Virus record (IMG/VR): IMGVR_UViG_2757320830_000006
From: an uncultured virus (IMG/VR IMGVR_UViG_2757320830_000006)
Lineage: Duplodnaviria > Heunggongvirae > Uroviricota > Caudoviricetes
Strand: one strand, 5' to 3'
DNA length: 64,000 nt
The position numbers were made by a program, and so were the translations under genes. A model generated the notes under the pieces. It did not search any database. It had not been told where the DNA came from and saw nothing but the letters and a program-made list of their open reading frames with translations. Shown here piece by piece: positions 50,027-59,038 of this stretch. The stretch's first letter is position 1. Each line of letters starts with the position of its first letter.

Positions 50027-50358
50027 TGAACATCGCCGCGCTCCGCGTCCCCGTGACCTTCCAGAAGAACGCGGTCACGGTCGACAAGTACGGGAACCAC
50101 ATCTCGGCATGGACGGACTACTTCACGTGCCATGCCACCATCGGCACGCAGACCGGCACCGAGTCGAGCGGCGAGATCATCAGCCCCGAGGAGTCCCTCG
50201 ACTTCACCTGCCGCTGGTGCTCCGAGCTCGCCGTGGTCGAATCCACGAAATACCGGATCCTCGCGGAAGGCAAGACCTACAACATCACCTACGTGAACCC
50301 GATGGGATACAAACGCAACTCGATCAAATTCAACTGCAGGCTGGAGAAAGGCACATGA
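50026..50358 (+). CDS. Head closure / head-tail adaptor
   Basis: 'DKYGN....W', 'YRI....YNI'; synteny. Confidence 0.88.
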   Translation: MNIAALRVPVTFQKNAVTVDKYGNHISAWTDYFTCHATIGTQTGTESSGEIISPEESLDFTCRWCSELAVVESTKYRILAEGKTYNITYVNPMGYKRNSIKFNCRLEKGT

Positions 50359-50735
50359 GCAGGAACACGTCGATCGACGACATGGACTCCGCCATCATGA
50401 CGGAGCTTGAGAAATACGCGGACCTCGCGGCGGACGACCTGAAGGACGCCGTGAAGGAAACGGCGAAATCCGTCCGCAAGGACATCCAAGACAACGCCCC
50501 GGTGGACACGGGGAAATACAAGAAATCGTGGTCCGTGAAGAACGTCCACGAGGACTCCGAATCCATCGACCTCGTCGTGCACTCGAGGAACCGCTACCAG
50601 ATCGCCCACCTGCTCGAACACGGGCACGCCAAGCGCGGCGGCGGAAGGGTCGCCGCACGGCCCCACATCGCAAGCGCCGAGCAGCGCGGCAGCGAGAAGC
50701 TCGTCGAGGCCATCGAAAGCAAGCTGAAAGGATGA
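50355..50735 (+). CDS. HK97 gp10-like tail completion protein
   Basis: 'APVDTGKY.KSW', 'HLLEHGHA', 'RPHI'. Confidence 0.9.
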   Translation: MSRNTSIDDMDSAIMTELEKYADLAADDLKDAVKETAKSVRKDIQDNAPVDTGKYKKSWSVKNVHEDSESIDLVVHSRNRYQIAHLLEHGHAKRGGGRVAARPHIASAEQRGSEKLVEAIESKLKG

Positions 50736-50741
50736 CATCCC

Positions 50742-51068
50742 ATGACATTCGAGGAAACGAAATCGATGATCGAGGAGACCGGGCTCCCCGTCGCCTACGA
50801 CCACTTCGCGGAAGGCGAGTCCCCGGACCCGCCCTTCATCTGCTTCCTTTTCCCGGGAAGCGACAACCTGTTTGCGGACAACACGGTCTTCCAGAAGATC
50901 GACGAACTCAATGTCGAGCTCTACACGGACAGGAAGGATCCTGATATGGAAACCCGGATCGAGGACATCCTCAACTCGCATGAGCTCCCCTTCGAAAAAT
51001 CGGAGGTGTGGATCGCGGAGGAACGGATGAACGAGGTCCTGTACCAGACACAGATCATAGGAGGTTAA
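50742..51068 (+). CDS. Probable tail terminator
   Basis: 'AYDHF...PPF...ADN...VELYT'; synteny. Confidence 0.75.
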   Translation: MTFEETKSMIEETGLPVAYDHFAEGESPDPPFICFLFPGSDNLFADNTVFQKIDELNVELYTDRKDPDMETRIEDILNSHELPFEKSEVWIAEERMNEVLYQTQIIGG

Positions 51069-51073
51069 CAGAT

Positions 51074-51679
51074 ATGGCTAACAAGAAAAACAAGGTCAAG
51101 TTCGGCCTCAAGAACTGCCACTACGCGATCGCGACGCTCGCCGAGGACGGCACGGTCACGTTCGGCACACCCGTCGCCATGCCCGGCGCGGTATCGCTCT
51201 CCCTTGACGCGGAGGGCGACAATGACCCGTTCTACGCGGATGACTCCGTGTATTACATGGTCTCGAACAACAACGGATACTCCGGCGACTTCGAGCTTGC
51301 CCTCATCCCGGAGAGCTTCCTCACGGACGTGATGCACGAGACGGAGGACGCAAACGGTGTCATCGCCGAGAACAAGGACGTGGAGCCGGAGCATTTCGCG
51401 CTCCTTTTCGAGTTCTCCGGCGACCAGCGGAAGATCCGCCACTGCATGTACTACTGCTCGGCGATCCGCCCGTCTGTGTCCAGCTCCACGAAGGAGGACT
51501 CCACGGAGGTGCAGACGGAGACCCTCTCCCTCACCGTGTCCCCGCTTCCGTCCGGGCTCGTGAAGGTCAAGACCGGCACGAACACTACCGACGCGGTGTA
51601 CAACGCATGGTACGACAAGGTCTACGAGCCTTCGGCAAGTGCAACGGCATCCTCGTCCACGAGCGGCGCAAGTGAGTGA
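51074..51679 (+). CDS. Major tail protein (phi13 family)
   Basis: 'NKVKFGLKN.HYA', 'FYADD', 'NNGYSG'. Confidence 0.92.
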   Translation: MANKKNKVKFGLKNCHYAIATLAEDGTVTFGTPVAMPGAVSLSLDAEGDNDPFYADDSVYYMVSNNNGYSGDFELALIPESFLTDVMHETEDANGVIAENKDVEPEHFALLFEFSGDQRKIRHCMYYCSAIRPSVSSSTKEDSTEVQTETLSLTVSPLPSGLVKVKTGTNTTDAVYNAWYDKVYEPSASATASSSTSGASE

Positions 51680-51690
51680 GGTGAACGGTT

Positions 51691-52068
51691 ATGGCAGTGA
51701 CAAAGACCATCGACCTTGACGGCAGACAGGTGACGTTCCGCGCGTCCGCCGCGATCCCGAGACTCTACAGGAACAAGTTCCATCGGGACATCTACCGTGA
51801 CCTGAACGAACTGCAGAAAGGCATCGACGAAAACGACGCTGAGAACTCCAGCCTCGACACGTTCAGTCTCGAACTGTTCGAGAACATCGCGTGGCTCATG
51901 GCTAAGCACGCGGACAAGACCGTGCCGGACACCCCGGAGGAATGGCTGGACGAATTTAATACATTCTCGATCTACGAGATTCTCCCGCAGATCATCGAGC
52001 TGTGGGGACTCAATACCGAGCAGCAGGTGCCCGTTAAAAAAAACAGCATGCGACAGAGCGGGAAATGA
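51691..52068 (+). CDS. Tail assembly chaperone (gpG-like)
   Basis: Between the major tail protein and tape measure genes; ends ...VKKN at an A8 run. Confidence 0.85.
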   Translation: MAVTKTIDLDGRQVTFRASAAIPRLYRNKFHRDIYRDLNELQKGIDENDAENSSLDTFSLELFENIAWLMAKHADKTVPDTPEEWLDEFNTFSIYEILPQIIELWGLNTEQQVPVKKNSMRQSGK

Positions 52069-52229
52069 CGACCCCGCTCTTCCTGCTCCGCTGCGTGCAG
52101 ATCGGGCTTTCCATCTCGGAACTCGACCTTCTGACGATCGGAACCGTCAACGACATGTATGCCGAGATGAGCAACGACGACTATGACTATGCCGAGATCG
52201 CAACGCAGGAGCAGATGGACAGATTCTAA
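52038..52229 (+). CDS. gpGT-like -1 frameshift extension of the tail chaperone
   Basis: Slippery A AAA AAC at 52038-52044; -1 frame open to TAA 52227-52229 (...MTTPLFLLRCVQIGLSISELDLL...ATQEQMDRF). Confidence 0.8.
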   Translation, partial: KKQHATEREMTTPLFLLRCVQIGLSISELDLLTIGTVNDMYAEMSNDDYDYAEIATQEQMDRF

Positions 52230-52244
52230 GGAAGGAGGCAGCGT

Positions 52245-54962
52245 ATGGCTGACAGAATCAAAGGCATCACAGTCGAGATCGGCGGCGATACGACCGGCCT
52301 CTCGAAGGCGCTGTCCGGTGTCAACAAGGAAATCCGAAGCACACAGTCGCAGCTCAAGGACGTGAACAAGCTCCTCAAGCTCGACCCGACCAACTCCGAG
52401 CTCATCGCCCAGAAGCAGAAACTCCTCTCACAGGCGGTGATGGAGACCAAGGACAAGCTCACACAGCTCAAGTCCGTGCAGGACCAGATGGACGAGGGCC
52501 TCAAAAGCGGCAGCGTCACACAGGAGCAGTACGACGCATGGCAGCGTGAGATCATCGCGACCGAACAGGAACTCAAGAACCTCGAAAAGGAAGCGAAGAA
52601 CACCGACTCCTCCATCTCCGCCACCCTGAAGGAGACCGGCTCCACGATGCAGGAGGTCGGAGGCAGGATCAGCGGAGTCGGAGAATCCCTCTCCAAGGGT
52701 GTGACCGCGCCCATCGCCGCCATAGGAGCTGCCTCCCTTGCCGCGTTCAGCGAGGTGGATTCCGGCCTTGATATCGTGACGCAGAAGACCGGCGCGTCCG
52801 GTCAGGCGCTCGAAGAGATGCAGCAGAGCGTCAAGAACCTCGCGACGCGGATTCCTACGGATTTTGAAACTGCGGGCGCTGCCGTCGGCGAGGTCAACAC
52901 GAGGTTCGGGCTGACCGGGCAGGCGCTGGAGGATCTGTCCGGCAAGTTCATCAAGTTCGCGCAGCTCAACGACACGGACGTGTCCACCTCCGTCGGCAAC
53001 GTCTCCTCCGTCCTGAACGCCTTCGGGCAGTCCACGGACGACGCGGGCGATCTCCTTGACGCGCTCAACGCCACCGGGCAGGCGACCGGGATCTCCATGG
53101 ACACGCTGGCGAACGACCTGTCCCAGAACGCCGCGCAGTTCAAGGAGATGGGCCTTACCGCCCAGCAGGCCGCAGGATTCATGGGCATGGTCGAGATGTC
53201 CGGCCTTGACACTTCCACCGCGATGGCCGGTCTCAAGAAGGCCATGAAGAACGCTGCGGACGACGGCATGACCCTCGACGACGCGCTCAAGGGCTTCTCC
53301 GACACGATGAGCTCCAACAAATCGGACACCGAGAAGCTGCAGGCAGCCTACGACCTGTTCGGAAGCAAGGCAGGCGCAGCCTTCTACAACGCCGTGCAAA
53401 GCGGGAAACTCAACCTCGGCGACCTGTCCGGCACGCTCGGCGACTTCTCCGGCAGCGTGGAGAACACCTTCAGCGAGACGCTAGACCCGATCGACCAGTT
53501 CCAGATGACCCTGAACTCCCTGAAGGAAGTCGGGGCCGACATTGGGAACAGCCTCGCGACCGTCCTCCAGCCCGTCCTGCAGGACATGTCCGCCGCGCTC
53601 CAGAAGTTCGCGGACGTCTGGAACTCCATCCCCGGGCCCGTGCAGGAGACCATCGTTAAGATCGCCCTCATCGCCGCAGCCGTGGGGCCCGTGCTCATCG
53701 TCATCGGAAAGCTGATCACATCGGTGGGGACGATCCTCACCGTCATCCCGAAGGTCACGACGGCGATCACCGCGATGAAAACCGTCATGACGGGACTCAA
53801 TGCGACCATGGCCGCGAACCCGATCGGGCTTATCATCACAGCCATCGGTCTTCTCGTCGCAGCGTTCCTCTACCTGTGGAATAACTGCGAGAGCTTCCGG
53901 GACTTCTGGACCGGCCTCTGGGACAACATCAAGCAGGTCGCTGTCACGGTGTTCACCGCGATCAGGGACTTCTTCACGACGATCTGGACGGCGATCGCGG
54001 GCGTTTTCACCACCGCCGTGAACGGAATCAGCACGTTCCTCTCCGGTGCGTGGAACGGCATCAGGACCGTCGTCGAAACCGTCATGAACGATATCAGCAC
54101 CGTGATCCAGACCATCTGGAACGGCATCACGTCGTTCTTCACGACCATCTTCACGGCGATCCAGACCGTGGTGACGACCTACTTCAACATCTACAAGACC
54201 GTCATCACCACCGTTCTCACCGCCATCCAGACCGTGGTCAGCACCATCTGGAACGCGATCAAAACCGTGATCACCACAGTCGTGACAGCGATCGGCACAG
54301 CCGTATCCACCGCATGGAACGCCATAAAAACCACGACCAGCACGATATTCAACGGCGTGAAATCCGTCGTGACGTCGATCTGGAACGGAATCAAGTCTGC
54401 TGTGATGACGGTCGTGAACGCCATGAAGAGCGGCATCACCGGCGCGTTCAACGCGATCAAGAGCACGATCTCCGGAATCCTGAACGGCATCAAGGGGACG
54501 TTCTCCTCTGTGTTCAACGGCATCTGGAGCTTCGTTTCCGGGATCGTCGGGAAACTCAAGAGCGTCTTCAACTTCAAATGGAGCCTGCCGAAGATCAAGC
54601 TCCCGCACTTCTCCATAACCGGCAGCTTCAGCCTGAACCCGCCGAGCATCCCGCACTTCTCCGTCTCCTGGTACAAGAAGGCGATGGAAGGCGGCATGAT
54701 CCTGAAGGACGCGACGATCTTCGGACAGTCGAATGGCACGCTCCTTGGCGGAGGCGAGGCCGGGGACGAGGCCGTCGTCGGCACAGGATCGCTTCGCTCC
54801 ATGATCCGCGACGCCGTAAGCGACGTCTCCACCGGAAACAACGGCCCGCTCATCAACATCGAGACGATGAGCGTCAGGAACGACGACGACATACGCAGAA
54901 TCTCCCAGCAGCTCAACACGCTGCTCGTGGGAAGCCGCCGCGCGAAAGGAACGGTGATCTAA
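52245..54962 (+). CDS. Tape measure protein
   Basis: 905 aa, 'IKGITVEIGGDTT', 'ANPIG', periodic 'WN.I' repeats. Confidence 0.95.
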   Translation: MADRIKGITVEIGGDTTGLSKALSGVNKEIRSTQSQLKDVNKLLKLDPTNSELIAQKQKLLSQAVMETKDKLTQLKSVQDQMDEGLKSGSVTQEQYDAWQREIIATEQELKNLEKEAKNTDSSISATLKETGSTMQEVGGRISGVGESLSKGVTAPIAAIGAASLAAFSEVDSGLDIVTQKTGASGQALEEMQQSVKNLATRIPTDFETAGAAVGEVNTRFGLTGQALEDLSGKFIKFAQLNDTDVSTSVGNVSSVLNAFGQSTDDAGDLLDALNATGQATGISMDTLANDLSQNAAQFKEMGLTAQQAAGFMGMVEMSGLDTSTAMAGLKKAMKNAADDGMTLDDALKGFSDTMSSNKSDTEKLQAAYDLFGSKAGAAFYNAVQSGKLNLGDLSGTLGDFSGSVENTFSETLDPIDQFQMTLNSLKEVGADIGNSLATVLQPVLQDMSAALQKFADVWNSIPGPVQETIVKIALIAAAVGPVLIVIGKLITSVGTILTVIPKVTTAITAMKTVMTGLNATMAANPIGLIITAIGLLVAAFLYLWNNCESFRDFWTGLWDNIKQVAVTVFTAIRDFFTTIWTAIAGVFTTAVNGISTFLSGAWNGIRTVVETVMNDISTVIQTIWNGITSFFTTIFTAIQTVVTTYFNIYKTVITTVLTAIQTVVSTIWNAIKTVITTVVTAIGTAVSTAWNAIKTTTSTIFNGVKSVVTSIWNGIKSAVMTVVNAMKSGITGAFNAIKSTISGILNGIKGTFSSVFNGIWSFVSGIVGKLKSVFNFKWSLPKIKLPHFSITGSFSLNPPSIPHFSVSWYKKAMEGGMILKDATIFGQSNGTLLGGGEAGDEAVVGTGSLRSMIRDAVSDVSTGNNGPLINIETMSVRNDDDIRRISQQLNTLLVGSRRAKGTVI

Positions 54963-56867
54963 ATGGGATTCAGATTCAACGGACGGACATCCCAGAGCTT
55001 CGGCCTCGCCACACGGCAGACGAAGGAAAACAGGATGCCGGACTTCACCAACAACACGGTCACCGTCCCGGGACGCGAGGGCGTGTTCGACTTCGGCGAG
55101 ACCATCGGCGAACGCAAGATCGAGATCTCCTGCTTCATCCCGCCGGGGAAAACGGACGAGGAGTTCCTCGCCCGGAAGGACGAGATCATCGCCTGGCTGA
55201 ACCCGGACAACGGCCTCAAGGACCTCATCCTCGACAAGGAGCCCGGACGCGTGTACCGGGCGAGGCTCGAAGGCGGCTTCTCCTTCGACAAGGCCGTGCG
55301 GAACTCCTGCACCTTCGACCTCACGTTCCTGTGCCCCGACCCGTACGCCTACGCCGAGGCGGACGAGACCTACGAGTTCACCGAGCCCGGCACCTTCACG
55401 GTGAGCCGGAGCCTCGGGAACGCGGACTCCCTCCCGGTCTACTCCCTCACGGCGGAGCTCACGAAGGAAACGAAAGCCGTCATCACCACCAACGGCAACG
55501 CGCTCGAAATAAGCGGAAGGCTCGCGAAGGACGAGATCCTCGTGATCGACTCCTCGCTCATGACGGCAATGGTTACAGACCAGGATGGCAACACGCTCCG
55601 AAACGGCCTGCCGCTCGTCAACAGCCTGGACTTCCCGGAGTTAAAGGCCGGGGAGAACACGCTCGTGATCGACGCGGACATCAGCACGACAAAGGCCGTG
55701 AAGAAGCTCAGCACGCAGGACGCGTTCACCGGGCAGGTGCCATCCTCATGGGGAGCGGACGGCCTGTGGCGGTTCAACGAATCCGAACCGGACTCATCCA
55801 CGAGCCTCACGGACTCATCCGGCAAGGGACGCAGCGCCGTGATCAGCGGCTGGAGCGGGACGACCGCAAGCCTTCCGACCGGGCGCCTAGGACGGTCCTT
55901 CCGTATGAACATCAACGACCCGCCGACCGAGAAGACCTACCTCAAGGTGACGAACGACGGCACGATCTTCCAGACGTTCGGCGAGACGATCGCCGTCGGC
56001 GGATGGTTCATGCCGACCACCTACTCGGTCGGGAACACGTTCTGCCCGCTTTTCAACACGCGCTACGGCCCGGGCCAGCCGATCCTGTACCTGTCGCTCC
56101 TGTCCGGGAAACCGAGGATCATGCTCTACGATTCGACCGGCACGCTGATCCTCGACAAGTCCGTGACGCCGTCCTTCACGTTGGAGAACGCCGCCTGGTA
56201 TTTCATCGCCTGCCTCATCAAGCCGGTTGCCAAGACCGCACAGTACATCCTCGGCAGCCGGAGCACCGGCGCGGTCTGGGAATCCGACGTCCTCGGCTTC
56301 ACCGGGACGCTCAACGCGTCCTGCACGGCGGACCTCGTCTGGGGCATGCACGCCGACTCCTACTGGTACGCGGGGAACTTCGACGACTGGTTCCTCGACT
56401 GCGACTCCGACCTCACCGTGGACGATATCTCCCTGTGGTTCAGGGAATCCCTGTCCGCGAACGCCGCCGACTCCGACGCCATCGTGGACGGGCTCACGAC
56501 AGAAGACGCCGTGACCCTGAAAGCCACGAGCGGCGCGTACCCATCGTCCGGGACGCTCACCACGGCGGCCGTCACCTACGGGATCGAAGGCACCTGCCTT
56601 GTCTCCGTGGACGCGGACCTGCCGGACGGGACCGGGATCGGCGTCGAGACCTCGACATCGGACGACCTCATGGCGTGGAGCGACTGGGCGGCGACCGGGG
56701 ATGACGGAAGCGTCAAGTCCGCGGCGGGACAGTACATCCGCTTCCGGCTCACGCTCGCGACGACCGACACATCCACGACGCCGACCCTCAGAAGCATCAG
56801 CCTCTCCGTGCCGGGGGAATCGGCGTTCAGGAAACTCGTCATCAACGCGCACAGCAGATGGAGGTGA
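54963..56867 (+). CDS. Distal tail protein (Dit) with inserted LamG/ConA-like domain
   Basis: Dit N-terminus 'VPGREG', 'F.CPDPYAY'; LamG-like 'LWRFNE...DSSG...WYFIA...GNFDD'. Confidence 0.82.
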   Translation: MGFRFNGRTSQSFGLATRQTKENRMPDFTNNTVTVPGREGVFDFGETIGERKIEISCFIPPGKTDEEFLARKDEIIAWLNPDNGLKDLILDKEPGRVYRARLEGGFSFDKAVRNSCTFDLTFLCPDPYAYAEADETYEFTEPGTFTVSRSLGNADSLPVYSLTAELTKETKAVITTNGNALEISGRLAKDEILVIDSSLMTAMVTDQDGNTLRNGLPLVNSLDFPELKAGENTLVIDADISTTKAVKKLSTQDAFTGQVPSSWGADGLWRFNESEPDSSTSLTDSSGKGRSAVISGWSGTTASLPTGRLGRSFRMNINDPPTEKTYLKVTNDGTIFQTFGETIAVGGWFMPTTYSVGNTFCPLFNTRYGPGQPILYLSLLSGKPRIMLYDSTGTLILDKSVTPSFTLENAAWYFIACLIKPVAKTAQYILGSRSTGAVWESDVLGFTGTLNASCTADLVWGMHADSYWYAGNFDDWFLDCDSDLTVDDISLWFRESLSANAADSDAIVDGLTTEDAVTLKATSGAYPSSGTLTTAAVTYGIEGTCLVSVDADLPDGTGIGVETSTSDDLMAWSDWAATGDDGSVKSAAGQYIRFRLTLATTDTSTTPTLRSISLSVPGESAFRKLVINAHSRWR

Positions 56868-56872
56868 CAGGA

Positions 56873-58246
56873 ATGTCAGACCAGACAAGCCTTGTCGTCA
56901 TGGACAAGGACGACAACCCGGAGGCCGTGCTCGAAAACGCCTACGACATCATCGCCACCGGCGAGATCAACGGCATCGACACGCTCGAATTCAACCTCCC
57001 GTTCCGCGACGGCAAACGGCGGCATCTCGAAAACGAAAAACAGATCTCCGTCGGCGGCGACACCTACCGCATCCGCACGATCACGGACGAGAAGAACGAG
57101 CAGGGTACCGCCATCACCTCCGTGTACGCCGAGGCCACGTTCTACGACCTCGGGTTCTCCGTCAAGAAAACGGAGCAGACCTTCAACGCGGACACGGCGG
57201 ACGTCCCGATGGCCTACGCGCTGCAGGACACCGGCTGGGCGCTCGGGACCGTCAACATCCGCACGAAGCGCACCTGGACATCCACGGAGAAAAACGCCCT
57301 CGCGATCCTCCGGAAGGTGCAGGACCTCCACGGAGGCGACCTCATCTTCGACAACAAAAACAGGACCGTGAGCCTTCTGACCTTCAGCGGCACGGACTCC
57401 GGCGCGCTCTTCTGCTACAGGAAGAACATGAAGTCCATCAAGCGCGTCATCGACACGCAGAGCCTCATCACACGGCTCTACGCCTACGGCAAGGACGGCA
57501 TGACCTTCGCGTCCATCAACGACGGCAAGGAGTACGTCGAGGACACCACGTACACGGACGAGATCCGCATATCCACGCTCGACTGCTCGAACTTCACGAA
57601 CCCGTACCAGATGCTGGAGTACGCCAACATGCGCCTCGCCGACTACGCAAGCCCGCGCATCTCCTACGTCCTGAACGCGATGGACCTCTCCGTCCTCACC
57701 GGCTACGGGCACGAGACATGGAAGCTCGGCGACATCGTGACCGTGAAGGACGACGAGCTGGACCTTTCCATCAAGACAAGGATCGTGCGCCGCGAATACA
57801 ACCTCCGCGAACCGTGGAACACCGTCCTCGAACTGTCGACCACCCTCCGGGAGCTCGGCGACTCCTCCTCACAGTGGGATGCCGCCGCCGACACGCTAGC
57901 CGGTGCGAACCTCGTCGACAGCCAGGAGATGAAGGACCTTGTCCCGTTCAACCATCTGAGAAACTCAAGAGCCGACTCAGGATTTTCTTACTGGGAGAAT
58001 TCCGGATTCGAGGTGGATACGGAAAACGGCGTCTCCGGAACCGCATCCTTCAAATGCGAAGGAGCCCTCGTCACCACGAAAAGCCTGACGCAGACCGTGA
58101 TCCCGGCAAACCGGGACAGTTACACCTTCTCCTGCCAGATCGCGTCGGACGACCTCACGATGGGCGACAATGGGCAGGTCGGCGTGGAGGTCACCTTTGA
58201 ATACGAGGACGGGACGACGGAGACACGGTTCATCGACCTGATGTAA
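56873..58246 (+). CDS. Tail hub / Tal-like protein with partial C-terminal CBM-like domain
   Basis: 'ITRLYAYGKDG', 'LGDIVTV.D', 'RIV.REY'; 'NHLRNS' CBM-like start. Confidence 0.85.
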   Translation: MSDQTSLVVMDKDDNPEAVLENAYDIIATGEINGIDTLEFNLPFRDGKRRHLENEKQISVGGDTYRIRTITDEKNEQGTAITSVYAEATFYDLGFSVKKTEQTFNADTADVPMAYALQDTGWALGTVNIRTKRTWTSTEKNALAILRKVQDLHGGDLIFDNKNRTVSLLTFSGTDSGALFCYRKNMKSIKRVIDTQSLITRLYAYGKDGMTFASINDGKEYVEDTTYTDEIRISTLDCSNFTNPYQMLEYANMRLADYASPRISYVLNAMDLSVLTGYGHETWKLGDIVTVKDDELDLSIKTRIVRREYNLREPWNTVLELSTTLRELGDSSSQWDAAADTLAGANLVDSQEMKDLVPFNHLRNSRADSGFSYWENSGFEVDTENGVSGTASFKCEGALVTTKSLTQTVIPANRDSYTFSCQIASDDLTMGDNGQVGVEVTFEYEDGTTETRFIDLM

Positions 58247-58259
58247 AGGAGGAACCCAT

Positions 58260-58454
58260 ATGGCTTCGTTTTCACATGTGGCGCAGGCGGTCTCCCCGCA
58301 GAACGGGCGCGTCAGCAAAATGCGGATCCGCATCTGCGTGACCGACTGCACCGGAACCATTCACATCACGGACATGCTCCTTCAGGGCGGCTCCATCGCG
58401 ACCGGCTGGGTCGGGCACGTCAGTGAGATCAAATGGACTGAGGACGGTGAGTGA
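58260..58454 (+). CDS. Small tail-tip protein (64 aa)
   Basis: AAGGAGG RBS; 'DCTGTIHITDMLLQGGSIATGW'. Confidence 0.75.
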   Translation: MASFSHVAQAVSPQNGRVSKMRIRICVTDCTGTIHITDMLLQGGSIATGWVGHVSEIKWTEDGE

Positions 58455-59038
58455 TCATGCCGGTATTCACAAGGTTCACGGAAACCATCCGGAAAAAGGA
58501 AAAGAAACGCATCGTCAGCGTAACCCTGAAACCGCAGGTGAAGGACTGCACGGGAACGGTCTGGTTCACGGACCTCATACTGCAGGAAGGAGACCGCCTC
58601 TCCGGATACGTCATCAACACCGAAACGCTCCAGAAGACATACGCGACCGGGGACGAATACGCGGTCTCCGGGAAACGTTTCTACAACGGCATCGTCCGCG
58701 GAAGCATGACCTGCGTCATCTTCAACCTCGGCAAGACCACCGTCGGGCTCGACTGGAAGATTACGCCCAATCAAAACATGAAGGCCGGAAGCATCTCCCT
58801 CGCACTCGGGGCGGGCGCGCACAAGGCTACCTTCACCCATGCTGCCAGCGCAGGTAACGAACTGTCCCTGCTTGCGTCGACAAGGGAGTGCCTGAAAAAC
58901 GGCTCGCCCACCCCGAAGGACGGGTTCTTCCAGTATTCCGCCGCCGGGGACAGCAAACACCCTGTGACGGTCGGGGACAAGAAGTCAGCGCGGCTCTACG
59001 TGGAGTTCCGGGAAATGGAGGACGGTGATCTGATATGA
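58451..59038 (+). CDS. Tail-tip hypothetical protein
   Basis: Coupled ORF; N-terminus paralogous to the preceding 64-aa protein. Confidence 0.75.
   Translation: MIMPVFTRFTETIRKKEKKRIVSVTLKPQVKDCTGTVWFTDLILQEGDRLSGYVINTETLQKTYATGDEYAVSGKRFYNGIVRGSMTCVIFNLGKTTVGLDWKITPNQNMKAGSISLALGAGAHKATFTHAASAGNELSLLASTRECLKNGSPTPKDGFFQYSAAGDSKHPVTVGDKKSARLYVEFREMEDGDLI

Noticed and set aside
22540..51069. Avoidance of HpaI sites by element 2
   Set aside because: GTTAAC is present at least at 22540, 33625, 42501 and 51064; depletion cannot be claimed without counting
53870..54540. Repeats in the tape measure gene
   Set aside because: Ordinary 11/22-aa aromatic periodicity of tape measure proteins
54050..56704. 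884-aa alternative-frame ORF and many other long overlapping or antisense ORFs in 40-63 kb
   Set aside because: Arg/His-rich shadow frames expected from strong GC3 bias over genuine tail genes; no recognisable motifs
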